Virus record (IMG/VR): IMGVR_UViG_3300046004_002451 | Coordinates: 1-55,136 of that record | Direction: 5' to 3' (one strand) | Source: a virus | Taxonomy: Duplodnaviria; Caudoviricetes | Length of the DNA: 55,136 nt | Shown: in pieces, positions 23,901 through 35,900 of the stretch | How positions within the stretch are numbered: the stretch's first letter is position 1 | How the letters are laid out: each line of letters begins with the position of its first letter | The notes under the pieces: generated by a model | What the model saw: only the letters and a program-made list of their open reading frames with translations | What the model was told of the DNA's origin: nothing | The model's database searches: none | Made by a program: the position numbers and the translations under genes

Positions 23901-26900
23901 TGAACGCAACCCAATCGTCCCGGTAAACATTGCCATCCGTATTACTCTCACGCACAACGATGCCATCAAAGCCGAGTTGTTGTAACCTTTCGCGGATTTG
24001 TGATGCGGGTATTTTTCGACTACTGCGGTAATCTTGGAGTTCTTCAAATCCTTCAAACTCCTTTGGATTTTTGATGAACAGAAAAGCATCCGTGACACTT
24101 CCAACTGATGTATCTCCGATTAGAAGATCACCCTTCATCTCCCATTTTTCAGGACCGCCTTCAAAACGATTGGCAAATTCTGCTGCTACTTCTTCCGCGT
24201 TCCCGGCATACTCCGATGAGTTGGATGGGGCCGCAAACCACACGCCAAGATGACGTGTGTGTGTGGAAACCTGATCTGCTGGCACCTTGAAAATCTGAAT
24301 ACCCTTTTGCGTGGTGCCATGGTAGGCGTGCATGGCTTCACCTTTGAAGAGAACAGCACCCGCCTCCTTCGCCGCCTCGTCCACCATGCGCTGAGCCTTC
24401 GCTAAGTCCCCGGCGGCCACGGCCTGCATGTATTCGGCGTCGTTGTTGGCAGGTGCCACGGTGCCTTTGAAAAGCCGGTTGGCCCGGTCGCCGAGTTGCT
24501 GGGACTGTTTGGCGGCTGCCTGCACAATGGCACCAAGGCCTGAAACATTCTTGAGCGTGTCGGTCGTGAGGAGGCCGATGACTGGGTCATTGATGCGGGC
24601 GTTTCCTTGGTGGTCACCGATGTAGTTATCTTCATGCAGGTCGAGCACGAGCCATGGGCGCCCTTTGACGATGGCGACTTGGGCGCGTTGGCCAGCTTTG
24701 GCGTGGGCACGTAGGCTATCAGGTATATCGACGGCGCCTGAGCGATTGAGGGAGATGTCACGGCGCTCCATGCTTCTGCCGGTGTCACTGCCGATATTGG
24801 GCCTCGGTGACATAGGTTGTTTCAGGTAGATGTGGCCATCAGCACCGATGGCGGCTATCTCAGTGGGGGTGCCACCCATGTCAGACATGACGGCTAAGCG
24901 CACTGCAGTTGCTCTAGGGTTCTTAGCCGGTTGGTAAGACCACTCCAAGCGTTTTAGATTGGTATGGCCGACGTGCGGCCAAATACCTCCACTGGGGTTC
25001 TCGGAGAAGTCCTTGAGCTTCTTGTAAATGACGCCGGCTGCATGGTCGAGATAGATCATGGACTCCACGCCTGCATCATTCACGGGCAAGGCACGAATAG
25101 CCTGCTCCTGAGCTTCTGTCAGCACAGGCACACCAAAGGCTTGAGCCAGCTCAGCGGCTAGGCGTGGGCCGGGGCTCCAGTCGAAGTTTGGGCGCGCAAA
25201 GGCACCTCCCTTCCTAAGTGGTCCAGCTTCATTGAGGCGGTCGAAATGGACATCGCGTATCGCTTGTCCTTGTTCAGCGGTAACTCGTGATCCTCGAATA
25301 AACGATTTTCCGGCAGTCCGGCTGTCCAGTTGATTTGTGACTCCTTCATGATCGGTACCATACACCGATTTATTGCTCATTGCAAGGCGCTCGGGGCGGT
25401 TCTCGGGGTCTTCCTGTTCAGGTCGGAGTTCGTAATTGTAAACTTCCTCGTCGGTAAGCCGGCGGTTGTAGTCGAGGTAGCCATGGCGGCTGCCGCCTTC
25501 AGTATGTGCAATCAGCCCTTCAGTAGGGTGCGTGTTAATGCCTGGGGGTCTGGCACGCATTTCATAGCGGTAGCTTTTGGGCGCTTCTGGCAACTTGCCA
25601 TCACGGCCAGACATCAGTGCTTTGATGGCAGAGGCTCGTTCATTATCGGCAGTGACCGGAGTAATCAACGAGGGGGTGAGGCCGAGGACTTCGCTCGGGT
25701 CATCGAGGAAGACGTGGGCTTTAACTTTCTTGCTCCACCTGCCGCCGGCGGATTCGAGGGCGCGGTTCACCTTCTCGTATAGCTTGCGGTCGAGCGTATC
25801 AGGCAGCACGAGCCGGTTAGCGGTGATGACGGCGCTTTCAATGGCGCGTTGCACCTCGGGACTCATGAAGTCGGGATCAGGCGCCTTCATTGGGCCAAGT
25901 GGCTGGCCGTTGACTTTAGGTGGGCCTTTGGGGGCATTCGGGTCCGGCTCCTGGTGAGCCCCGGCCTTTTCAGCAAGCCGGGCAGATACGGCTACGTCTT
26001 CGGCTTCGAGCGCGGCAAGGCGGTCGTGGTCTGGCCAGGCAGTCGCTCTGGAAAGCGCCTCGCGAAGTTTGGCTTCGGCCGCGGTATCGCGGATAATGTC
26101 ACGGTCGATTTGATCAATCGAATCTTGCGCCACGCCGGCTCTGCTGCGCAAGCGGTTGATGAGTCCGGCGGGTCCGTTGAAGCTGTTGCCCCAAGTACTG
26201 GCTGCTCCGTCACTGTCCAGAATGCTGCCGGGGGTGTCCTCACCGATGGCGGTGTGGACCTCGATGAACACGGGCTTGCCGTTGATGTGCATGGTCAGGG
26301 GTTTGCGCTTCTGTCCGGCGCGTTCCATGATGATGCTTTGCTCGCGCAACCAAAGTTCCATTGGCTTGGTGATGCCTTTGAAATCGGGAGCGGCGGTGTC
26401 GATGACCGTGCCGCCAAACTCATAGACGGCATCACCAGAGATGTCGGTTTCCGGGCGCACGCCTTCGGGTCGTGGAGCGGTGCGGACCCATAGCTTTTCA
26501 GCGGCGGCTTTCCTGGTGACTTCCTGGGCTCGGTAGAGCGGCGCGTTGCGCAGACTGGCTTGATAGCTCAAGAGGCGGGATTTGCGGCTGCCGTGCTCGC
26601 TGAGGTGGGAGTCACGCAGGAGGCGGAGATCCTTGATTTCCTTCTCCAGCTCAATCTTGCGGATAAAGTCGAGGTCTCCCAGGGTCCGCGCGGCCATTTC
26701 CGCAAGGTTGACGGCCATCGGGTCTGTAGGGTCGTCAAACACGTCGGAGATGTCCTCTCCCATGAGTAGCTGGGTGATGGCGCGTTGTTTGCGGGCGAGT
26801 GCGCTGTAAATGGCGCTGTCCATGCTGCCCTCGGTGCCGTAGTTAATGATGAACACGGGTTCATTCCAGGTGTCCACGCCTTCCACCTTGGCGGCGTGCA

Positions 26901-29900
26901 TGTTGCCTTGGCGTATGATTCTGCCATTGCGCTGCTCCTGCATGGCAGGTGTGAAGTCACGGGGCGGCATGAGGTGATGAACGGCTTTCAAGCGCTCCTG
27001 CACGTTGACGCCGACTCCGAGTAACTCGGTGCTGCCAATGACAATGCGAATTTCCCCGCTGCTGACTTTCTCAAAGAGCTTGGTCTTTTTATCGTCGGAC
27101 CATCCAGACTCCATTAGGAGGATATGCTCCGGCTTCACGCCGCTGGCGATGAGCTTCTTCTGCATGTCCTTGTAGAGATCGAACTCGCCCGCGCTGCCAT
27201 ACTCGGGGAAAGGGTGGCCGGTGAAGGGCACCAAGTAGTCCATCTTGAACTGGTTGCGCAAATCAGAGAAAATGAGCTGCGTCGTTTTGCGCTCGTGGCC
27301 TGCTTTGTAGATTTCCACCACGCGGCGGATAGCCACGTTGACCTTGCTATCAGCGTGGTCGGGAGCGGTAGGCGAGATGAGACGTGGATCGAGCGCGGCG
27401 GCAATGCCGGCAGCCATGGTCTGAATCGGTGCCGCCCCGTACATTTCCTTTTCCTCCTTGTCGGCGCCCTTCCAGAGTTCACCGACACTTCGCACCCAGG
27501 CGTTGAACTGGTCATTGCTGGGGGTGGTGTCGATAATCTTCATTTCCGCTTCACCGCCGTCGATGGCGGGCACGTCGAGGCCGAGTTTATCATTGCCCAT
27601 CGCCACGTCGAACATGCTGCGAATCATGGTGATGAGTGCCGGCCCGTTCTGGAATTTCACAAAGCGGCTCTCCATCTTGGGAGTGCCGCTCCATGCCATT
27701 TCGGGGGCGGTCACCATCTGGCCAAAGCTGGTGGCGAAGTCATCAAAGTTGCGGATACCATAGTCCTCCAGGATGTCCGGGGCCATGAACTGCATCATGA
27801 TGAAGGCCTCGGCGATGGAGTTCTTCACAGGTGTGCCGGTGGCGAGGAAGATGTTCTTTCCACCGGTCTTCTTTTGCACATCCCGCACCTTCAACATGAA
27901 GTTAATGGCACGCTGGCTGTCTTTAGACGAAGGCACACCTTTGACGCGGCCCATGCGGGTAATGATGGGGAGAGACTTGTAATTATGCGCCTCGTCCATC
28001 AGGATGGCATCGACGCCGAGATCCTCCCAAAATACGGCCGTGTCGGCGCGTTCGGCTAGATCGTTGAGCATCTTTGTCCGGCGCTCTTTGAGGCCGAGTA
28101 GGATGGTTTGCAGATTGCGCACCTTGCTCTCGTCCTTGGTGCGGGTCAGTGCCTCTTTGAGTTCCTGAATCTGGCTGTCCATGTAGTCCTTCACGGCGCT
28201 ATCCTTATTCGAGATGAGGTCAAATTTGGAATGTGGCAGGATGACAGTGTCCCAGTTGCCGGTAGCAATCTTTGCCACGAGCCGGCGAATGTTCTGCTTC
28301 TCGAAGTCCTTGGTCGTAGGCACGAGCACGCGGGCGGTGGGGTAGGCCTGCATGTAGGACTTGGCAAACTGGCCTAGGGTCGAGTTCTGCACCACAATCA
28401 TAGGTTTCTGCGCCATGCCGAGGCGCTTCAACTCGTAGGCCAGCATGATCAGGTTGAATGATTTACCGGAGCCTACTCCATGTGCCATCATGCCACGCCG
28501 GAGCGAGAGGAACCGGGCAAGCACGGCGCGCCGGAAAGGCTTGGTGTGGACGTGGCCGGTATTGAGTCCTGGGAACTGCAAATACTCGCCTTTGTGCTGC
28601 GGATTGACGTAACTGTTGTTCGTGACGTTGAAGGCGTCTTCACTGGCCTGCCAGACTGGAACGGGCGCCGGCGTGGGCGCTCCTGCCAGCTCTTCATCGG
28701 GCATGACGGTCACGGGCACTTCGGAAGATTTGACGAAGGTGACGAAGGCTTGGCGCATCTTATCGAGCGCGTGGCGGGCTGCTGCGGTGGCTTGATGGTC
28801 GAGGGATTTGTCATCGCCTTTACCGTCGTAGATGAGCGGCTCGGTCATGTTGAGCGCGTGCTTCATCAGCGTATAAGGTCCGGCTTTTTCGGTGCCAAAG
28901 TCCTCTGTGGTGAAAAGGTGGGGGCCGTGGAAGTTCCACGAGTTACCCGCCGGCTCATAGGTGACAGTGTCCGTGCCGCCAAGTTGGTCGGCGATGAAGG
29001 CGTTATACACCTCCATAGGTAGCCAGCGCGCGCCTAGGGTCGGCGTGATGCGGCCAATACTCTTGCGCTCTGGCATGGCCTGCGTCAGGGCATCGACGTT
29101 CTTGTTGAACTTGGGATCAGTCTTGGCTGCTTCTTCAGCGGTTTCCAGTCTGGCGCGGACATTGCCGCTGAGGTAGCTTTCCGCCGTCTCGTAGGTGCTG
29201 GTAGCCGGGTCTTCAAACACGTCGGCCTCGGCATCGAGAAGTTGGCGCACGGTATCGCTATCGGTGCGGAGCAGTTGAGCCATGTAAGTCGGCTGCAAGG
29301 TGCCCGTCCATGCAAGGGAGGTTTCCAGTGCCTCGCGGATGTTTTTGGCTGTGGTAGGTGCCTCAATGGGTGGCGTGATGCGCTTGGTGAGGATGTCGGC
29401 TTTCTTGTAGCTGTAGGTCTTCTTGGCGGTCTTCTTGTCGATGGCGACGACTTCATTCTCCAGCGCAGCGGTCAGCGGGTGGGCAGGATCGCCAAAGAGG
29501 AAACTATGCGCGTTCGGATACCGTTTAGAGATGGCCTTGTGTTTAAGGACGTGGGAATCATAGACCACGTTGAGACGGGCGCGGAGTGCATCGAGGTGGC
29601 TTTCCTTGGCGCCTTGCTGAATGGATGCCTCAATGAGTTCCTGGGTGGCTTCATGCACCGTCTTCCACGAGCGCCAGACTTTGACGAACTCGGGGTTGAG
29701 CCCCCAGTCGGCTTCTTCGAGACTGCCATCCGGCTGCACCTCGTAGATTTTGCCATCGCGCTCGATATGGCTGAAAGGCTTGTCGCCTCGGCTGGCGTTG
29801 CCGGCGTTGTTGGCAGCGGGAGCCTGCTGGCCCATGATGTTTTTAGGCAAACCGGGGATCAATGCCTCCAGGGCTTTCATGACATCCATGCCCTCGGGGG

Positions 29901-32900
29901 CTTGGACGGCGTAGGCGCCCCCGCGATACATGGAGCCTTCCAGCGTGTGAGTGCCAAGCACGTTCTGCGGGTGATTGATGAAATACTCGTTCACCATGAT
30001 CGGCGCGGATACGGTGATGCGGGCAGCGCCTCGGTCGCGGGTGTCTTCGCTGGTGATGGGGCCCAGCCGCTCGGCCTCTTTGCGCAAGTCAGCGAGAAGC
30101 TGCCCGTCGCTTTGTTTGAGCGTCACGGGTGCCCGGCCTACTTCTACGAGATCACGCCAGGCCTCGCCCTTGAACGGAGTGCCATCGGGCTTGCGGATGA
30201 TGATGATGTCAGTGGTGACTTCGGTGCCAGCATTGGCCTTAAAGGCGTTATTGGGCAGGCGGAACGCGGCCACGAGATCACCTTTGGAGGCGATGAACTC
30301 CCGCTGCTTGATACGGTTCTGCAAGGTGCCGTCACTGGTGATGAAGGCCACGAGTCCGCCGGGCTTCACCTTATCGAGCGCGTGGGCGAAGAAGAAGTTG
30401 TGTAGGTTGAGATTTGGAAAACCCTTCTTTTTCGGGCCAGTTTGGTGGAAGGGCACGTTGGAGATGAAGAGATCGAGCGAGCCATTCGGCACGCGCGCCT
30501 CCTGGAATCCCATACCGCTGGCTATGCGGGCTGGGTTGCCGCCTTCCTGCTCGTTGACGGTGATTTCAGGGTAAAGTTTGGCAAGCAGGCGGGTGGTGAG
30601 TTCATCCAGCTCTGTGCTTTGCCAGCGGGTGCGGTCGGCGAGGGTGCTGGGCTGCAAGCCGATATAGTGGCCATTGCCGGCGCTGGGCTCCATGGCGCGT
30701 CCGCCTTTGAAGCCGAGATGCTCGACCATCTTCCACATCGCACGGATGACGGGAGCGGCCGTGAAGTGGGCGTTGAGGGTGGACAGGGCGGCGCTGTCGA
30801 ACTCCTCCTGCGTCATCGCTTCCTTGAGCAGTTTATGCGTATCGCGGTGGTTCTCGGACCATGAGCGCAAATAACCTGGCATATAGGTCTTGTCGCTGCG
30901 GTGGTCCCAGTGCCGGCGGATACTTTCCTCGTAGCCTTCGTTGAAGGCTTCTTTGAAAGCACCCCAGCCAGTGTAGGAGGCGAGCACCTGCTTCTCTTCC
31001 GGCGAGGCGTTACGCTGCTCGTCTTCGAGCTTCTTGAGTAGCTTGATTGCGTCCTGATTGGCTTGAATCTTGGCCTTGTTACCGGTGGGAGCGAGGGTCT
31101 CGACAGTGTCAGGCACCTCGAAGTTACGATCGGACGATCCTACGGGAGGTCTTGGCCGGCCGACATTGTAATCCTTGATGAGCACGGCCTTGCCAGTGCT
31201 GTCACGGCCAAAGAATTGGCCAAAGGTATCCTTAGCTTGGCCGCGCGCATTCGATGCCCAATTATGTTGGGACGTTTCACCGTTGCGCTGGATAACAAGG
31301 AAGGGGCCGACTAGACCGTTTGTGTCGCCGGCATGAGGATCTTCGCCATCTGTGCGCAGGCCGGGCACACGGTCGCCAGGGAGGTCTTGAGATTGTCCTT
31401 CTCCGTTTCCGTCAGTTCCAAGTCCGCTAGTTGCTCCTCCACCATCGGCATTAGCTCCGCTTCCTCCGCGGCCTCCTGACTGTCCGGCGTCCCCGAATAG
31501 GGGTCCGTTTCGGCTGAGTCCGTTTCCGGCCATGCCTGTTTGGCCAAATAGGTCGTCAAAGCCGCCGGCTGTGCCAGTAGCTTCTTGAGTCCGGGGTGCG
31601 CGAGTAGGCTGTGCAGGACGTTTGGTAGTTGGTCGGGGTTGCGCATCGGTGAAATCTCCAAATAGGTTGAGCGTCTGAGCCTGCTGCAGCTTCGCCGCAT
31701 TTTGGGCGGGGGTCAATAGGGTGGTGAGATCGAGGCCATTGTTGAAAGAGAAGAGATCGGGAGTGTCATCGACGGCCTTGCGGCCCATCGCGAGAGACTG
31801 CGATTCACGCGGCCGGCCATTCTCTTCGAGGATCTTGACCAGTTTAGCATCAAAAAGGACATAGTTGTGAGTTGGGTTCTTGGAAGCCTCAACCCACCAT
31901 TTACCGCTGGCGGCATCGCCCTCGAAGCCGCGTGGGATGACATGTACTTCGAGATAGCCATCTGCGCGAAGTTGATCGGCGCGTGCTTGGGCTTCTTCAC
32001 GAATTACAAACCCTTCGGTTACATCTTGGATGCGGCTGCCTCCATCGAGGTAGCGGATACCTGGGACACCGAGTTGTGCGAGAGATTCACTCGCCCGTCG
32101 AGCTGCATGTTCAAAGCCTCGAAGTCCGGTGGTTCCACCGGCCAGCATGTCGTAAATAGCAGACCCAGTAATCTGGTCAGATATTACCATTGGGTAGCCT
32201 CTCCGAGCGCCCTCCTGCTTCTGATATTCAAGCCATGCTGCCCGCACTTTTGAGCTTTGCAGAATCACCGGCAAGTCCCAGTCGAGGAACTCGTCCTCAT
32301 CGGGTAGGAGATCCAGGGTGTAGAGGTTGCCGGTAGATAACTCGGTACTGTCAATGAATCGTGCGATGTCTGCCGCTTCGGATTCTGACACTATTTCGTC
32401 TAGGACTTGCCTTTTTAACTCGGCCTTAGCTGATTCTTTATTGCCCCTGTAATAGTTGATCAGATCGGCGGCCCTGCTTGAAGCACTCGAAGAATCAATC
32501 GGATTAGCTTTGTTCTTACCCGCTAGGTTCTCTTGATAACGCTTCGCTGTTTTTACGTTCCTTGCAAAATATAGACCCCACCCATAAGCCTGCACGCCCT
32601 CACCTGTACCAATCTTGTCGAGGCTGAACTCGTCCACCTTGTGCGGGGTGCCATGATACACAGTGCCTTTTTTCAGGATTTGTAACCCTGGTCCTTCCAG
32701 GATGGCGCCGTCTGGCATGACGGTCTGATTGCCGCCCGTGATTGCCTGAGTGAGTGCCTGCTCATCCTCCCATAGATAATTCCAGTTCGCGTCATGTGGG
32801 TCTGTCGATGTCAGTGTCCCGTCTGCGTGCATTGCACGGATGTAACCATCCAAGATGCGGATCTGCACTTCACCCTTGGACTCGTGCTCGACTTGCTTCT

Positions 32901-35900
32901 GATAAGCTTCAGCGGCACCGGGGAATATATCAAACGACGAACTTCCTTCGGAAACGAAGTCATCCCACCCTGTCTGATAGACCGGGTCAATGGAGGTATC
33001 GGCGGTCCATAGTGAAACGCTGCCTTTCTTGAGAGTACTGAACTCGCTGCTCTGAGGTGCATTCCAAGGCCGGCCAAACGCGGTCTTGATATGCGGAGTT
33101 GGTAGGCCGGTGATGCCACGCTCATAAGTGAGGCCATCTTCCAGCGCTGTAGCGCGCTTGACCATGGTAACGGCGGTGCCGGCTTTGATGATGGGCACGC
33201 CTTGGCGCCTGGCGCTGCGTTCAGGACCGTCTGATAGCTCTGCCCAGTAGCCGGGAGTCTTGAGGCGCCCGAGCAGCCCATGGACTCCCTGCTTGCCTCC
33301 GTAACTGCCATCACTGCCAAAGCTGGTGCCTTTGTATCCGTAGATGCCCGGCTTCACCATCGCGAAGGTGACAGGCACTCCAGCGTCATTGAAAACAATA
33401 TCAAAGAGCACGTCTTCGGCGAGAAGCTGGTCGGCGCTTTGGTAAGGGTTGCCCATGCCGTCATAAGTTAGCTTCTGCATGGCCCATACCTGAGGCAGGA
33501 ACCGCTTACGAGCAGGACCGCCAAGGCGCAGTGTGCGCGCGGCATCTGGCAGGGCGTGAGCACCGGTGAGTTCACGCGCGCCCCCGGCCTGCATCATCAA
33601 TTCGTCCAATGTGAGTTGGGCTTGTTCTTGGGTGGTAGGTTGCCGGGATTCCGCTTGATTATCTGCCTGGAATCGCATATCCTTCGACATGAAGGAAGCT
33701 CTTGAAAAGTATCGTGCTCTTTCCGTGGAAGACAGGCGCGCGGCGGATTTATGTGTCCGCCCTAGCGCCAACAATCGGACGATGGGCGAGTTGTTTGACG
33801 CGGGATTTGATTGGGCTGTGGAGGCGGTGGATGAGGCGGTTTCGATTGGCCGTGAGATGCTTGCCTCCGGGTTCACTGAGGCTGATGCGCTGGAGATTGC
33901 TGAGGCGGGTCGCTGACCCATGTGCCGCTCGGCAAAGGTGGCGCGCTTCTTGGTCCATGACCATGATGACCATTTCTTGAAGGCCTCTAGTGCCTTCTCA
34001 AGCCGGTAAGAAGCCGCTCCGTAAAGGGTTGTGCGGCGCTTGATCAGAGCCGGGGAGGCAATGCGTAGCTCTTGGACGATTGGATCAATGTGCGTATCAC
34101 TGTCCTGCACGAGGGAGAGCACGACTTCACCTTCGGCATACTCCATGAAGGGTTCGCCGGCTGTATCGGTGGCGAGTTGATAGCCAAGATCAGCCAATGC
34201 AGGCATGAGCCGCTCGACACTGGCAAGAAGTTGCTCCTCGGTCTGTCCATCCTGCAAGGTGGTGCGCAGGAGATTGTGCGGCACACTCTGACGAGCTGGG
34301 TTCTTAGTGCGCGGTGCGGACACGGCATCTCCTGCCAGTGTTGGCAGGAAGCGCAGGCCTACTTTCCGTGCGGCTTGGCGCATGGCTGGCAAGAATGTCT
34401 CAGCTTGGGTCTTGGCGTAGCCGTGGGCGAACTCGGTAAGTTGCTGGATCTCACGAGGGAGTCCGGGCATGACTTCCATGAGACTCGGGCTGGCCGGCGC
34501 TGGTTGGGGGGCTGACTGTGCAGCACGCCCAAACCAGATTTCAGACTCGCGGGCACCTGCCTCGGGGCTATCGCTGAGGTGAATGCCGTTGTCGATGCTG
34601 TTGAGTTTGGGGTCGGTAAAAAGGTTGTTCCACCCTTCTTCGGCGCCGTTGCCGGCATAAACGATACTGGAACGAAGTGAGGGCTCGTTCTTTGGCACGG
34701 ATGACTTGCCAACGAGGTTGCGGAGTGTGGGGATGGCATCCGCGCGGACCTTGACGCGATAAGCTGCCACGTCACGGCCCTCATAGTAGCCGGTGAGCTT
34801 GGGGAAGAAGCCTTTACCTTTGTGCTCGGCATAATGCTGCTCCATGCGCTCGCTGGTGACACGGCCCTTCCATTTAGCCGAGATGATGCCGCCGTGCTTT
34901 TTGATGAAGTCTTCCAAGATACGTTCACCGTTCATTTCCAGCCCGATTGGCTTGACCAGAAAGACAACATCAGTGTCGGGCGCCGAGAAGAAGCGGGAGA
35001 GATTGGCGCCGGTGGCTTTATCCACCCGGTTCCAAACTGAATTATTGAGGCTGATAGCCTGGTCCACGATCGTGCGCGGCACGCCAGGTAGTTCGACGGC
35101 TTTCTTGCTGGCGAACAAAGCCAACTGCACGGGTGATGAGTCGGCAAAGGTGGCGCGGCTAGCGGTCTGGCGCTCAAGCACGAGATCGTCAGCAGGTTTC
35201 AGGATACTGGTCTCCGGCGCATCAAACATGAATGTCTGACCGAGAGCGCGCTCGGCGGTCTCCAAGGCTTTAGCCTGCCCGGCGGTGAGGGGGGCTTCTG
35301 CTTGTTTTGCGGTGAGGGTGCGGTAGAGCTTGAGAGCGGTCTGCGGGGCGAGCCGCGGCGCCGGCAATTTTGAATCCGCCGGCTGTGCCACTGGCATGGT
35401 GACAATTTTCCGCTGTTGCCTACCGAAGAAGAAACCGACATCACTATGCCGAAGCTTGCCTTTAGTAATGGGCACATCGAGCCCATCAATCTCAGCTACG
35501 ATTTTACCGCCATAGTCAGAGACTTCTGTGAGTCGAAGCTCTACTGGAGTTGCAAAGTTGAGCGCCTTATTGAGTGCGCGAAGGCCGGCAGAATACCAGT
35601 TTGGCCCCGAGAACCGTTGGCCGCTGTTGAGGGAAGCAAGTAAATTGGCCTTGCTTGGCACATCAATGATTTCATCGGTCGGCTTGACGGCTTTCGAGCC
35701 CATGCTGAGCCGGTTATACTCGGCAGGGTCCATGCCTTCGGCCCATGTGTGCCTCTTGGATGGTGCTGCGTTGTTATTCGGGTAGCGTGCTGCAAGCGCT
35801 GCCTGTTTCTTGAGTTCTTCGGGCGTGGCTTTTTCTGCCGCTGCTGCATCAGGTTCGGCTTTTTTCGGCCTCTGGATGTCTTTGATGAGACCTTCGGCGA

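Noticed and set aside
21469-31314. Many long plus-strand ORFs opposite the giant gene (e.g. 29242-30405, 27124-28059, 22771-23565)
   Set aside because: Typical antisense shadows of GC-biased codons, with no promoter/RBS support or protein-like motifs, unlike 33689-33916.
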